Below are positions 38,705 to 52,559 of a stretch of 64,000 nt of DNA, piece after piece. The stretch lies in the NCBI RefSeq assembly GCF_964355755.1, contig NC_092678.1:17031881-17095880 (forward strand), in the 5' to 3' direction. Within the stretch, counting starts at the first letter, position 1, and every line of letters begins with the position of its first letter. The DNA comes from Antedon mediterranea (taxonomy: Eukaryota > Animalia > Echinodermata). Under the pieces are notes generated by a model. It worked only from the letters and a program-made list of their open reading frames with translations, was not told the DNA's origin and did not search any database. Made by a program: the position numbers and the translations under genes.

Positions 38705-40008
38705 CTAGATGGTACGCTCGCTTCGCTCGCGTACCATCTAGGTCGTACCTACAGATGGTTCTCGAATACACAGTAATTTCAGCGTTAAAAAACTGGCGAT
38801 TTCAAATATACAATAATGCTCGCGTACCATCTAGGTCGTGCCCACAGATGGTTCTCGAATACACAGTAATTTCAGCGTTAAAAAACTGGCGATTTCAAAT
38901 ATACAATAATGCAGGACAATAATATATGTCGTTTACAGGAACGATTAAATAGACACTGTGATTTATGTACTCAACTAAAATTAGCACACGGGGAATTACT
39001 TCCGAAAGAGAAAGTTGTCACGAAATGAGACCAATTGTTTAAGTCAAATTTAAATAAACTTAATTTGTGTTTTGTATGTAACATTATGGTTGAGAGATGG
39101 GGAAGAAGATGGGTGCAAAGAGGAACAATTTTTAAATATATTCTTTATTTTGTAACGAAACATTAATTAACATGTTTTACAAATAATATACCACTAAACA
39201 CAGTAAAACATTGCAATGTAATACTTTGTTGAAACTATCACCGTCGTAGTCGATTGAAATAGTACAGTACATGTAACGATACACTACGACGTATGTTTAT
39301 ATATAATGTTAAACAATTTGTGAAAACCACCTCTATTCGGGGCAAATCATAAATTCGATTTAATCGGTAATAAATATTAAATTACGGCGACTGAAAACGC
39401 TAGCTCATTATCCGTTTAAAAAAAATCATATCCAACCTCTGCAGCACAGATTGAAAAAAAAATGGATCGAATTTCTGTTATGAGTATACAGTACTTTCCT
39501 TTACGACGCCTGAGGGAATAGACACTTGTGGAACGACACAGAGATTGGAATATTCCATTCATCGCAAATCAATACATTTGTATAAACGTATATTAAATCT
39601 ATCAAAATAGTTTTTTTTTAGGAAAATCGGCCTGTCTTCAACATTATGATACTGTACTCGAGCTGTTCAACCGGTTTTCAGCTATTAAAAACAATTATCG
39701 TAGGAGGAGATAGGAAAATGCGAAGCCTCCTCGCATTTTTGTGGCGGGTATTTTTCAAGATGGACATCCATTATACAGTGTATACCACGATCGGAAAACA
39801 CCCCTATCTGGGGCAAATCGTTGAACCTAAATTCGTTTTAATCGTCAATAACTAATTATCTAACTTAATTTAATTAGTAAACAGGGTTACATCAGGTGGT
39901 TAAAATCAGTACCGAAAGTACGAACCAACTTTACATACCATCGAGTAAAAATTCTAAAAGTAAGGCGCGATTTACCGAATTTTGCCCTTACGTAAATTTA
40001 TATATAGA
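38705..40008 (-). mobile_element. Non-autonomous Helitron (1.3 kb) with a 93 bp subterminal tandem duplication
   Basis: Minus strand begins A|TCTATATATAAA at 40008 and ends with GC-rich GCGAGCGAAGCGAGCGTACCAT then CTAG|T at 38705. 38726-38818 is repeated at 38819-38911. Confidence 0.85.
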
Positions 40009-41868
40009 TTAATAAATTGCACACTTTTGACGATGGTCTTAGCTTTTAAAAACCATGTGAATACTTACAATTCGTTTATGTTGATCAAGTTTTCAAAATT
40101 ACTATCTTTGTAATTTCTTAATTCGTTGCCTTGTATCCAACTGCAAAAAAAAAACATTTTAAAATAAAAATGAGTAAAAGATTCAGTGGTGTTAGGTCAT
40201 GAAGACATTTCTCATTCTTATGTCTTTAGTGGTTTACCCTGTACGTTACTAACTTGGACGTAACGCACGGACGCTGTAATACAAAAAATTAATTAATTTC
40301 CTTTTGGTAAACTTTAGATATGATGTTCATTTGGACCATATCAAGCAAACAAAACCAAACAAAATTGTTGTTGCAATTTGTTCTAATGTTGAATTATCTT
40401 TACTGGACAAAGATACAATGACCTCATGGCAATGTTTTAAAGACGCCGTTGTGAGCTCAAATGATGCGCGTTCATGTCTATGACCGGGGAGACACTGTGT
40501 TAAATATGGCACTGATGTTATGTCATTTTAAAGCAGACTTAATGGTCAAACATCATATTTAAAAAGAAAGCAATGTAATGTTTAGTGATAGAAAGGTTGT
40601 AGTCAAGAGGCAGGAAACTGCAGGTGTTGTTTATTGCCTTTAGACATAAACAGGTACCACCGTACGAGAATCGGGTGTCCAACGGACGAGTACCATGTGT
40701 GTATATCGAGAACAAAGCTATTATAAAGTGTTCAGATTTTAAAGACTATGTCTACGACACATAATCTGTTGTATGACAAGAATTAATGAATATGAGTCCG
40801 ATAATTGTACAGAGCATCAAACAACTACATGTGGATTATTAAATATTTTGACAAACATGGCGTTTCATACGTATAGTACGTGTACACATTGTATAGAAAA
40901 CATCGAAACGCGACAACAGAAAAAAGACAATAACAGAGACTTGGGACAAGTCTATACAGTATTAACTTACAGTTTTGAAAGTGATGAAGCAAAAGCAGAA
41001 AATGCACCTTGATCTATGGTAGTTATAGCGTTATCGTTTAAATACCTACAGATATTGAAAAAAAAAGACACACATTTCAAACGGATTGATTTAAAACAAT
41101 ATTAATAATAATACTGTACACCAATACAATAAATAGATAACCACTACATTTGTCTGCTATATTTCACAGTACAGTTATTTGTATTCAGCATTTCAGTGGG
41201 CAATTTAGACTTCGTTTGGCACTCGAAACAATGTCAAATGAAAGGCAAGCTAATATTGCCATGAGGAGGTGCAAATCTGAGGGAGAGGGGAAAATGTAAT
41301 GTGTAAAAACAGATATCACCTCACCTTTATTTATAAAATTTGAAAATCAGAAAAAAGGGGAGAATGTAGTGTATTATTTGTTGTTGTTGACAGATGCCTA
41401 AACTCTAGAAAATGATAAATTAAGTTTATCTTACGGACGGATAACGCTAATAATAACAATTATTAATTCATAGTTATGCTTTATAGCTTTTTGGGTTTTT
41501 TTTTGTGCACTTAGAAGAACTTATTTAAAGTGCATTTTAAGTATTGTTTTTCTTCTAGATTATTTCAGTCATCACAATAGTTAATGTTTGTTTTATTTGG
41601 AGGTTCAGACTTAAACACAAAGTACAAATGTATATAGTGCACTATGCTGTGTGGAATAAAACTGAAACTGAATGTACGTACCACCACATTAGGTAACCGA
41701 TGCGCCCTCATTATGACGTTTATTATAAGAAAAAGATACAAACCATGTGTTGCGCGTGCGAATAAAGAACAAGTGCAGCTATTCCACCGTACGGAGGGAA
41801 AGATAACCAATGCCTCTCATAATAACATTATTTTTCATTTAATAATATGTACTAATAATGTTAATAAC

Positions 41869-43672
41869 AACTAGATTTGAACTCGTAACTATGGACGAGT
41901 TAGGTTATCCGCAGCGAAAATGCCACGTGTACGTCATACTTTAGAATATTGCACACAGAAAAACGATTATGCCATTGAAAAAATGTTAGTGTGCTCTCTA
42001 TTATATGTTACGGCTAAGTATATAGAGTATACACTATATATCTGTATACGTACTACAACCAGTGCAGAATAGGTGAAAATACCGGGACCCGCTTTGTCAT
42101 CCAATTTTTACCATGATGATGTCATCAAAATGAAACACGTAGATAGCAATTTTGGAAGGAAATTATCTGAGCAACAACATATCGTGTTGAATAAATTTGG
42201 ATACGTAGAATACGGAAGCGCGCTCTTTTAAATGTCATGAACTATGACGCAAAATATGAAATTACGACTTTTATAATTGAACTGGCCATATGTTGAAGTC
42301 ACAACATCCGATTCGCATAATTTGTACATGATTTCCAGCTTCCAGAAAACGTTTTAATCATGTGTATCACTTTTTATTCTGAGGAGCTATAATAAATTTA
42401 AATTTATTGGAATGATGAAAAAAAGTGATCAAAGTTATTCACGCTTTTGAACATGATGAAGTCATCACAATTTTAAAAATTGTAAATCATGCGAAAGATA
42501 ATTGATTTACCTACACAATATAAAACAAGGCCAACAGCCATTAAGTTGCGTGCTACAATGCATAGTGATACCGGACCGACAGACAAACAGACCGACATAC
42601 AGACAGACCGACAGACAGACGGACCGACCGACATAGTGAACTATACTGACCGAAATTACTGAACATGTTTAAAAATGTTGAAATGTTTAAAAACATTTAT
42701 ATTTTTTTAATTTACACGTGCGTAGCCTGTCACTTTTGACGTGCTCGTATAACGTAATTTCGAGTTGAAAAGTAAGTCAAGAAAACAGAAATCGGGCAAA
42801 AAGAGTGCGCAATAACATTTAACTTATTTCATCGAAAATAAATTTTGAAAATTTTAAGCGCGCGTACGCATGCGTTACATGCGCTACGCACGTAATTGTA
42901 TTGCCATATGATGATTTATGCCCTGAAATTTATGAGTACCAAATTTTATTTAATTGTGATTCATGGTTGATATGATTACAAACGTGATTTCGTTAAATCG
43001 TGCGTAGACCGCGTAATTTTTTATTGCGCACCGTGAAAACATAACCACATCGATTCCTGGCCATAAGGAATATTCTGTGAAAAATTGACTTAGCTAGATT
43101 AAACTGATATCAAGATAAGGTCATAAAGCGATAAAACGCATAGTGATACCGGACCGACAGACAGACAGACAGACCGACAGACAGACCGACCGACCGACAT
43201 AGTGAACTATAGAGTCGCTTCCACGTGACTAAAAATGGTGAGAAATGGAATATGGATAAGTGGAAATGCGTTCTATTAAATGTGAGGAGCTATGACAAAA
43301 GAGACAAAAATCCTATATTTTATATTCGAGTGGCCATACGATGACGTCACAATGTCTAGTTAGCCATATTGATACATGATCCGATATCAACAACTCATCT
43401 ACTTCCAGAATATGTAAAAAAATAAACTTCACCATGTAGTTTAAAAACTATGACTGTTTAAAAAAAGGCATAATTATGACGATTTATTTTACTTTTTCAG
43501 CAAAAACGAGCGCAAATTGTCCAATTCGACGTGCTCGTATGACGTGATTTTAAGTCGAAATTGTTTGAAAGCTGGTAAAATTACTAGAAAATGCTGGAAA
43601 AACATAAATCACGCGAAAAAAATAACATTTACTAATAATGATAATAATAATTATACGAATAGAGCAAAGGGT
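41869..43672 (+). mobile_element. Helentron-like non-autonomous element, family B (contains a nested family A copy)
   Basis: AACTAGA start, subterminal hairpin AACTCGT..ACGAGTT, and (AAT)n...CAAAGGGT end. Uninterrupted duplicate at 48926-50028 and a diverged relative at 63466-64000. Confidence 0.62.
42524..43235 (+). mobile_element. Helentron/DINE-1-like element family A, long form
   Basis: Two GCATAGTGATACCGGAC-(GACA/GACC)n-CATAGTGAACTATA modules flank a core and are followed by a 3' hairpin. Empty site at ~49573-49590. Confidence 0.88.
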
Positions 43673-43763
43673 ATAAAATAAAATAATATGACAATAAGTG
43701 TGGTTATCTTACAACGAAAATATACTATTTTCAAAAGTATGATAAACAAGAGAAAGCACTCAC

Positions 43764-43835
43764 AGTGTTGTCAATGATTTCAAACCATCAAAGACGTTTT
43801 CTGGTAATGTAGTTATTTGGTTATTGCCCAAATCC
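43764..43835 (-). CDS. Single leucine-rich-repeat exon (72 bp, phase 2-2)
   Basis: TTTTTCAG|g DLGNNQITTLPENVFDGLKSLTT(L)|GTGAGT. Matches the typical-class LRR consensus LxxNxIxxLPxxxFxGLxxLxxL. Confidence 0.88.
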
Positions 43836-44231
43836 CTGAAAAACGTGAACAAATTCTGTAATTAAGTATATATACAGTACCAAAGGATAGTTCGATAAAA
43901 ACAAATTATTATTAAAATTTCGAAATACAAACAAAATATAAAAACACATCCCTATCTATATTGTGCCAACAGAGGCCATAAACAGCTTATATCTAATTAG
44001 GCGTGTCACTCCAGCAGTGAAGCCAGTACAGGGTATATACAAGGACATAATAATATTTGTTTAATGTTACTTTTGCTCGTATTATCATTAGTTGAATGTT
44101 TTAGCTGTTTTTCTTTAACTGCTTTTACATGATATAACTATGTTTTATCTGGATTTACTGTAATCATGTTGTAATTTCTTTAATATCTACGATACAATAC
44201 AACAGTTAAAAGTATTATAAACAAGTGAAAC

Positions 44232-44281
44232 ATTCGAACACATTTGCTGGTAATGTTGTTATTTGGTTATTGGCCAACCAC
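44232..44281 (-). pseudogene. Truncated LRR exon (3' third and donor deleted)
   Basis: TTTTCAG|g WLANNQITTLPANVFE runs directly into sequence resembling the intron downstream of intact donors. The same lesion occurs at 50345-50396. Confidence 0.75.
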
Positions 44282-45761
44282 CTGAAAATTGTGAAAAATG
44301 TAATAAATAATAAACAGTACCAAGGGATATGATGATAAAACATTATCTATTTTATATATAATTTAGAAAAACAAACAAAACATAACAATAAATATCTTAT
44401 TGTGCCAGCAGAGGTCAAGTCCAATTAGGCGTGTCACTCCAGAAGTGAAACCATTACAAGGTATATACAAGGACATACTAATACTTGTTTAATGTTACTT
44501 TAGCTCGTATTATCATTATTTGCATGTTTTAGCTGTTTTTCATTAACTTCTTCTACATGATATAATTATGTTTTATCTATATTTTACTGTAATCATGTTG
44601 TACTTTGCATATCATATGATGACATAGATCAATATCTACGATACAATACAACCGTTAAATGACGATGATCTATGTGTTCTGCTATATTTTTACGTTTCGT
44701 TATGGCCGCCTATGGTGATACAGTAACTGAATTAAATAGTCTTGAGTTCGCATAAACAATGCCAAAATAGAAAAACTCAAAAAGAGCAAAAAGAAAGATA
44801 TTACATTTGAACGTATTACGCATGAAACAGACATATTTCATTGAAGTATTAATTCCTAAAATAAAATAATTGTTTTTATGAGGAAAAGAGTTAAACTGAC
44901 GTTTTCATGAGAGGAAGATATATAATATTTGTTCCTCGTGCAAAATAAGCTTATTACAACACTATTACACTAAAGCCTAAAGTTACACTTAACTGTGCTT
45001 TAAAATAAACATAATTAAAAGCATTACACAGTATAGGCCTAATAGTTCACCCGATAAAAATTTCTGATTTGTCCAAATTTCTTTAAAAAAAATCTGACAA
45101 ATATAAACATGAAGAAATAAAAAACAATGTCGTTAATATACATCAGACTTAAGAATAATGACATCAATTTTCGATAATCATAAGGACGAGTTCTCGAATG
45201 ATTCTCTTATTTGTGCCCATGGAATTGATATTTCCTAAGTTCACCTAACTACGGAGGAATAACGCATTTATATTATGATTACATTAATCATAATGTTTAA
45301 TGATGCTGTGTTATCGAATTGTCTATGTTACTGGAGAAATCGGGATACAGTACCGATAATCAGGTGTGTTAGACAAGAATACGTTACTCAACTTAAAATG
45401 GAGGTCTTTGCTTTCACCACGTTCTGAAATGTGCCTGTAAGATTATGTTAAGGCAAAAACAACACCTTGTATACCTTAGCAGCCTGGTGTAGAGACCTAT
45501 GTATTGCCTTCGCTAAATCCTTTCTTAAACTTGTTCCCACTTATACCTTCTAGAGGAATGTTATCCATAGATATAACCCTAATATACTGCTGATTGGATT
45601 CGTCATATTATAATTGTAACACAATGTGTTATAAGAACTGTTCGTTATACCATGGTAGTATGTGGTGCAATTAATTAAAGAATTATATGATTTTTAAATA
45701 GTTTACACAAAGTGCAACACAGTGTTACGTATTATCTTCTACAATATCTAATGATTACACA

Positions 45762-46586
45762 TTTTTAGTCGCGTGGGAGTGACTCTATAGTTCACTATGT
45801 CGGTCGGTCGGTCGGTCGGTCTGTCTGTCTGTCTGTCTGTCTGTCGGTCTGTCTGTCGGTCTGTCTGTCTGTCTGTCTGTCGGTCCGGTATCACTATGCG
45901 TTTTATCGCTTTATGACCTTATCTTGATATCAGTTTAATCTAGCTAAGTCAATTTCTCACAGAATATTCCTTATGGCCAGGAATCGATGTGGTTATGTTT
46001 TCACGGTATGCAATAAAAAATTACGCGGTCTACGCACGATTTAACGAAATCACGTTTGTAATCATATCTTAACAACCATGAATCACAATTAAATAAAATT
46101 TGGTACTCATAAATTTCAGGGCATAAATCATCATATGGCAATACAATTAGGTGCGTAGCGCATGTAACGCATGCGTAAGCGCTTACAATTTTCAAAATTT
46201 ATTTTCCATGAAATAAGAGTACGTTTCAGGCAATTTTAAGCGTTTTCAAAATTGCCATGAGTGGGCAGATTTTTGCACGCGCACTGCGCGTTAAATGTTA
46301 TTGCGCACTCTTTTTGCCCGATTTCTGTTTTCTTGACTTAATTTTCAACTCGAAATTACGTTATACGAGCACGTCAAAAGTGACAGGCTACGCACGTGTA
46401 TATTAAAATAAATATAAATGTTTTTAAACATTTCAACATTTTTAAACATGTTCAGTAATTTCGGTCAGTATAGTTCACTATGTCGGTCGGTCCGTCTGTC
46501 TGTCGGTCTGTCTGTCGGTCTGTTGGTCTGTCGGTCCGGTATCACTATGCATTGTAGCACGCGACTTAATGGCTTTTGGCCTTGTT
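45762..46586 (-). mobile_element. Helentron/DINE-1-like element family A, long form
   Basis: Reverse complement of 47174-47979 with a longer (GTCT/GTCG)n tract. Confidence 0.88.
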
Positions 46587-47173
46587 AATAATTATGTAAA
46601 TTCTTATTTAATAAAACACTTTTAAAACACACAAATTACCGTATTAAACATACAAATCAAAGTATACAAACAATAAGTATATACAGTACCAACGGAAATT
46701 ACGATACAAAAGTATCTATTTTATTAATTTCGAAATACAAAAAAAAATTACAACAAATTATCTATATTGTGCCAACAGAGGCCAAAAAGACTTATGTCCA
46801 ATTAGGCGTGTTACTCTGACAGTGAAACAATTACAGGGTATAATTGATATAATACTAATTTCATGTTACTTTATATCGTATTATCATTATTTGCATGTTT
46901 TAGCGGTTTTTCATTAACTGTCTTTTCATGATTATAACAATGTTTTATCTAGATTGACTGTAATCATGTTGTACTTTCCATATCATATGATTTCTCGTAT
47001 TATCATTATTTGCATGTTTTAGCTGTTTTTCATATGATTTCTAGATGTATTTCAATATCTACGATACAATACAACCGTTAAATGACGATGATCCATGTAT
47101 TCTGTCAAATTTTTATTTTTCATTATGGCCGCCGATGGTGCTACAGTAAAGAGTCAAAACAATGCCAAAATAG

Positions 47174-47979
47174 AACAAGGCCAACAGCCATTAAGTCGCA
47201 TGCTACAATGCATAGTGATACCGGACCGACAGACAAACAGACCGACAGACAGACAGACCGACAGACATACGGACCGACCGACATAGTGAACTATACTGAC
47301 CGAAATTACTGAACATGTTTAAAAATGTTGAAATGTTTAAAAACATTTATATTTTTTTAATTTACACGTGCGTAGCCTGTCACTTTTGACGTGCTCGTAT
47401 AACGTAATTTCGAGTTGAAAAGTAAGTCAAGAAAACAGAAATCGGGCAAAAAGAGTGCGCAATAACATTTAACGCGCAGTGCGCGCGCAAAAATCTGCGC
47501 ACTCATGGCAATTTTGTAAACGCTTAAAATTGCCTGAAACGTACTCTTATTTCATCGAAAATAAATTTTGAACATTTTAAGCGCGCGTACGCATGCGTTA
47601 CATGCGCTACGCACGTAATTGTATTGCCATATGATGATTTATGCCCTGAAATTTATGAGTACCAAATTGTATTTAATTGTGATTCATGGTTGTTAAGTAA
47701 TGATTACAAACGTGATTTCGTTAAATCGTGCGTAGACCGCGTAATTTTATATTGCGCACCGTGAAAACATAACCACATCGATTCCTGGCCATAAGGAATA
47801 TACTGTGAAAAATTGACTTAGCCAGATTAAACTGATATCAAGATAAGGTCATAAAGGGATAAAACGCATAGTGATACCGGACCGACAGACAGACAGACCG
47901 ACAGACAGACCGACAGACAGACAGACAGACCGACCGACCGACATAGTGAACTATAGAGTCGCTTCCACGCGACTAAAAA
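47174..47979 (+). mobile_element. Helentron/DINE-1-like element family A, long form
   Basis: Same structure as 42524-43235. Empty sites ATAGAAAAACTCAAAA at ~44767 and ~50876. Confidence 0.88.
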
Positions 47980-48925
47980 CTCAAAAAGAGCAAAAAGAAA
48001 GATATTACATTTGAACGTATTTCACATGAAACAGACATATTTCATAGAAGTATTAATTCCTAAAACAAAATAATTGTTTTTATGTTTAACTCTATGCCTC
48101 ATAGAGTTAAACTGACGTTTTCATGAGAGGAATATATATACTATTTGTTCCACGTGCACAATAAGCTTATAAAACTATTGCAGAATATACGTGAATCGGA
48201 CCGGTTTCTGCTATATTTCACAGTACAGTTATTTGTATTCAGCATTTCAGTGGGCGATTTTGAATTCGTCTGGATTTTGAAACAACAATGAAAGGCAGGC
48301 TAATTTTTGCCACGAGGAGGTGCAAATCTGAGGGAGAGGGGAAAATGTAATGTGTACAATTCCAAACAGATATCACCTCAACTTTATTTAAAAAACTTGA
48401 AAATCAGAAAAAAAGGGGAGAAGGTAGTGTATTATTTGTGGTTGTTGCCAGATGCCTAAACTCTAGAAAAGGATAAATTAAGTTTATCTTACGGACGGAT
48501 AACGCTAAAAATAACAATTATTAATTCATAGTTATGCTTTATAGCTTTTTGAGGTTTTTTTTCGTGCACTTAGAGGAACTTATTTAAAGTGCATTAAGTA
48601 TTGTTTTTCTTCTAGATTATTTCAGTAATCACAATAGTTAATGTTTGTTTTATTTGGAGGTTCAGACTTAAACACAAAGTACAAATGCATAAATTGCACT
48701 ATGTTGTGTGAAATAAAACTGAAACTGAATGTACGTACACCACATTAGGTAACCGATGCGCCCTCATTATGACGATTTTTATAAGAGAAAGATACAAACC
48801 ATGTGTTGCGCGTGCGAATAAAGAACAAGTGCAGCTATTCCACCGTACGGAAGGAAAGATAACCAATGCCTCTCATAATAACATTATTTTTCATTTTAAT
48901 AATATTTACTAATAATGTTAATAAC

Positions 48926-50028
48926 AACTAGATTTGAACTCGTAACTATGGACGAGTTAGGTTATCCGCAGCGAAAATGCCACGAGTACGTCATACTTTA
49001 GAATATTGCGCACAGAAAAACGATTATGCCATTGAAAAAATGTTAGTGTGCTCTCTATTATATGTTACGGCTAAGTATATAGAGTATACACTATATATCT
49101 GTATACGTACTACAACCAGTGCAGAATAGGTGAAAATACCGGGACCCGCTTTGTCATCCAATTTTTACCATGATGATGTCATCAAAATGAAACACGTAGA
49201 TAGCAATTTTGGAAGGAAATTATCTGAGCAACAACATATCGTGTTGAATAAATTTGGAGACGTAGAATACGGAAGCGCGCTATTTTAAATGTCATGAACT
49301 ATGACGCAAAATATGAAATTACGACTTTTATAATTGAACTGGCCATATGATGACGTCACAACATCCGATTCGCATAATTTTTACATGATTTCCAGCTTCC
49401 AGAAAACGTTTTAATCATGTGTATCACTTTTTATACTGAGGAGCTATAATAAATTTAAATTTATTGGAATGATGAAAAAAAGTGATCAAAGTTATTCACG
49501 ATTTTGAACATGATGAAGTCATCACAATTTTAAAAATTGTAAATCAAGCGAAAGATAATTGATTGACCTAGACAATATAAAAAAATGGTGGGAAATGGAA
49601 TATGGATAAGTGGAGATGCGTTCTATTAAATGTGAGGAGCTATGACAAAAGAGACAAAAATCCTATATTTTATATTCGAGTGGCCATACGATGACGTCAC
49701 AATGTCTAGTTAGCCATATTGATACATGATCCGATATCAACAACTCATCTACTTCCAGAATATGTAAAAAAATTAACTTCACCATGTAGTTTAGAAACGT
49801 AAACTATGACTGTTTAAAAAAAGGCATAATTATGACGATTTATTTTACTTTTTCAGCAAAAACGAGCGCAAATTGTCCAATTCGACGTGCTCGTATGACG
49901 TGATTTTTTGTCGAAATTGTTTGAAAGCTGGTAAAATTACTAGAAAATGCTGGAAAAACATAAATCACGCGAAAAAAATAACATTTACTAATAATGATAA
50001 TAATAATTATACGAATAAGGCAAAGGGT
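48926..50028 (+). mobile_element. Helentron-like family B element (duplicated copy)
   Basis: Matches 41869-43672 without the nested family A insertion. Confidence 0.62.
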
Positions 50029-50119
50029 AAAAAATAAAATAATATGACAATAAGTGTGGTTATATTACAACGAAAATATACTATTTTCAAAAGTATGATA
50101 AACAAGAGAAAGCACTCAC

Positions 50120-50191
50120 AGTATTGTCAATGATTTCAAACCATCAAAGACGTTTTCTGGTAATGTAGTTATTTGGTTATAGAACAACGAT
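50120..50191 (-). CDS. Single LRR exon (72 bp, phase 2-2)
   Basis: GGTTTTCAG|a SLFYNQITTLPENVFDGLKSLTI(L)|GTGAGT. Confidence 0.86.
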
Positions 50192-50344
50192 CTGAAAACC
50201 GTGAAAAATGCAATACATAAGTTTAGTTTTGGATGAATATTCTGTCTTTGCAAAGAATAAAAAATGAAACTATGTGACGACAATAAGTGTGGTTTTATTA
50301 CAACGAAAATATACTATTTTCAAAAGTATTATAAACAAGTGAAA

Positions 50345-50396
50345 CATTCGAACACATTTGCTGGTAATTGTTGTTATTTGGTTATTGGCCAACCAC
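50345..50396 (-). pseudogene. Truncated LRR exon
   Basis: WLANNQIT...LPANVFE with a 1 bp insertion and no donor. Paralogous to 44232-44281. Confidence 0.72.
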
Positions 50397-51944
50397 CTGA
50401 AAATTGTGAAAAATGTAATAAATAATATATACAGTACCAAGGGATAGGATGATAAAACATTATATATTTTATGTATAATTTAGAAAAACAAACAAAACAT
50501 AACAATAAATATCTTATTGTGCTAGCAGAGGTCAAGTCCAATTAGGCGTGTCACTCCAGAAGTGAAACCATTACAAGGTATATACAAGGACATACTAATA
50601 CTTGTTTAATGTTACTTTAGCTCGTATTATCATTATTTGCATGTTTTAGTTAGCTGTTTTTCATTAACTTCTTCTACATGATATATAATTATGTTTTATC
50701 TATATTTTACTGTAATCATGTTGTACTTTGCATATCATATGATGACATAGATCAATACAACAGTTAAATGACGATGATCCATGTGTTCTGCTATATTTTT
50801 AAGTTTCGTTATGGCCGCCGATGGTGCTACAGTAATTGAATTAAATAGTCTTGAGTTCGCATAAACAATGCCATAATAGAAAAACTCAAAAAGAGTAAAA
50901 GAAAGATATTACGTTTGGACGTATCACACATGAAACAGACAAGTATTCCGTAGAAGTATTAATTCCTAAAATAAAATAATTGTTTTTATGAGGCATAGAG
51001 TTAAACTGACGTTTTCATGAGAAGAAAATATATAATATTTGTTCTACGTGCACAATAAGCTTATTACAACACTATTGCAGATTATACGTACGGTGAATCG
51101 ATGACGAGTCGGAGACGAACCGAACGGATCATCCAGGATTTCTGAAAAATATGGCCAAGTGCGCACACTTTGCGCAGCATTGTACGAAGGCGTGTCTATA
51201 TTTGTTTTCGTTTCTAATTTTGGCTTTCAAATTGTATTATTTGTATGTTCCCTTTAAACTTCATCTTAATTTCAAATATAATAATATCAATAAAGTAATA
51301 CTGTTTACTTAGAAGTGTGCCAGTTATCCAGCACTGAAGAAAACAAACTGAGAAAAAATGTAAACACATGTGACCACGTTATTTGAACATTTTAAAGCTA
51401 AGTAAGTTAATTAATGAGATGTAAAGCACATTGAAGGCCAGTAACGTACGGTAATCAACATGAGTTGCTAATAGTTCTACTGGAAAAACGCCTTTTCACG
51501 ATATGGAAGACATCTTCTTCGATGGATGACAAAATAATAATATGAGCAAAGCGTAGCCAATGGTTCTGTCCACAAAAGATTGTGGACAAGCCCATAATAA
51601 CGACCATATTAATGTCAAAGGCAAAGTTACTAAAACATTCATAACTGATTAACGGCGGACAGTCATAATGGACATACTTCTTGAATTAAAATGTTCTAGA
51701 TTAGCCTATCGTAAAGGCTGAGTTTGAATTGTTTGTATGTTAAGCGAAATGTGCCTATGTTGAAAATAAATATCTTTACAATTTGTGGGGTTCAAAATGC
51801 TATATTTGACCACCAGTTGAAGGCAACTTACCTCCCAAAATAAATCATGATAATATAAAAACGTTCTCTATACTATTATATTGTCTAGTAGTACAAACAT
51901 TTTTAATTTTCTAGCTTCGAGCGAATCACTTTTTTAGTAGTCAT

Positions 51945-52550
51945 TTTCATGAGATCCGTGACTAATTTTAGGATACCTTTTTTTGACTATGGATTTAGTG
52001 AGATGAACCAATTTAGAATAAATATAGCTCCTATGCACCTCCCCAAAATCGCGGCAAAGTGTATTTTAGAGGGCGTTTTTAAAATGGCCGCCTATAAGGT
52101 TGGGCTCTTGTATCTTTGTAACCACTCATGATAGAGACTTCATTTTGATCTTAAATTATTCACAATATGCATGTTTATATTCGCTCTAATGAGCGTAAAA
52201 TGACCGGAAATGCTATTTTTGGACTATTTGACCTTTAACCTCAAGTTGTCGTATCTCAATAAGTAATGGTCCTAAAAGCTTGAAATTTGTCACATAGTGT
52301 TCAGAATATGAATATTTATATTTGTCCTAATGAACTTTTTTGTCAAATCTTGACCGGAAGTGCCATTTCTGACCTTTGACACTACACATGTATTAAATGA
52401 CTGTGTTAACATTGGTTCTAGCATCTGCCTGGGTGCAGAACGGTTAATATACAGATTTGCGGGAAAAAAGTATAGAAAAATCTTGTTTTGGTTTTTTTGA
52501 TAGAGTATACCATATAGAATTTCAGAAAAAAAAATCCCTCTAACCAGGCG
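51945..52550. mobile_element. Non-autonomous DNA-transposon-like repeat
   Basis: AAAATGGCCGCC, TTTGACCTTT and CCGGAAGTG motifs in the same style as 8945-9800. Termini not resolved. Confidence 0.35.
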
Positions 52551-52559
52551 AATATCTGT

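Larger units (their letters stand above)
41153..51076 (+). repeat. Local segmental tandem duplication: 41153-44966 and 48207-51076, plus partial unit ~46670-48198
   Basis: Colinear high-identity sequence from TCTGCTATATTTCACAGTACAG to AATAAGCTTATTACAACACTATT. The units differ by element insertions and by the number of ~440 bp subunits. Confidence 0.92.

Noticed and set aside
41170-41278. Strong acceptor TTTTCCCCTCTCCCTCAG followed by LLMAILACLSF...CPLKC or FAPPHGNISLPFI* as an LRR-gene exon
   Set aside because: The duplicate at ~48220-48327 has indels and an early stop, and the frame is ambiguous. It cannot be supported without RNA data.
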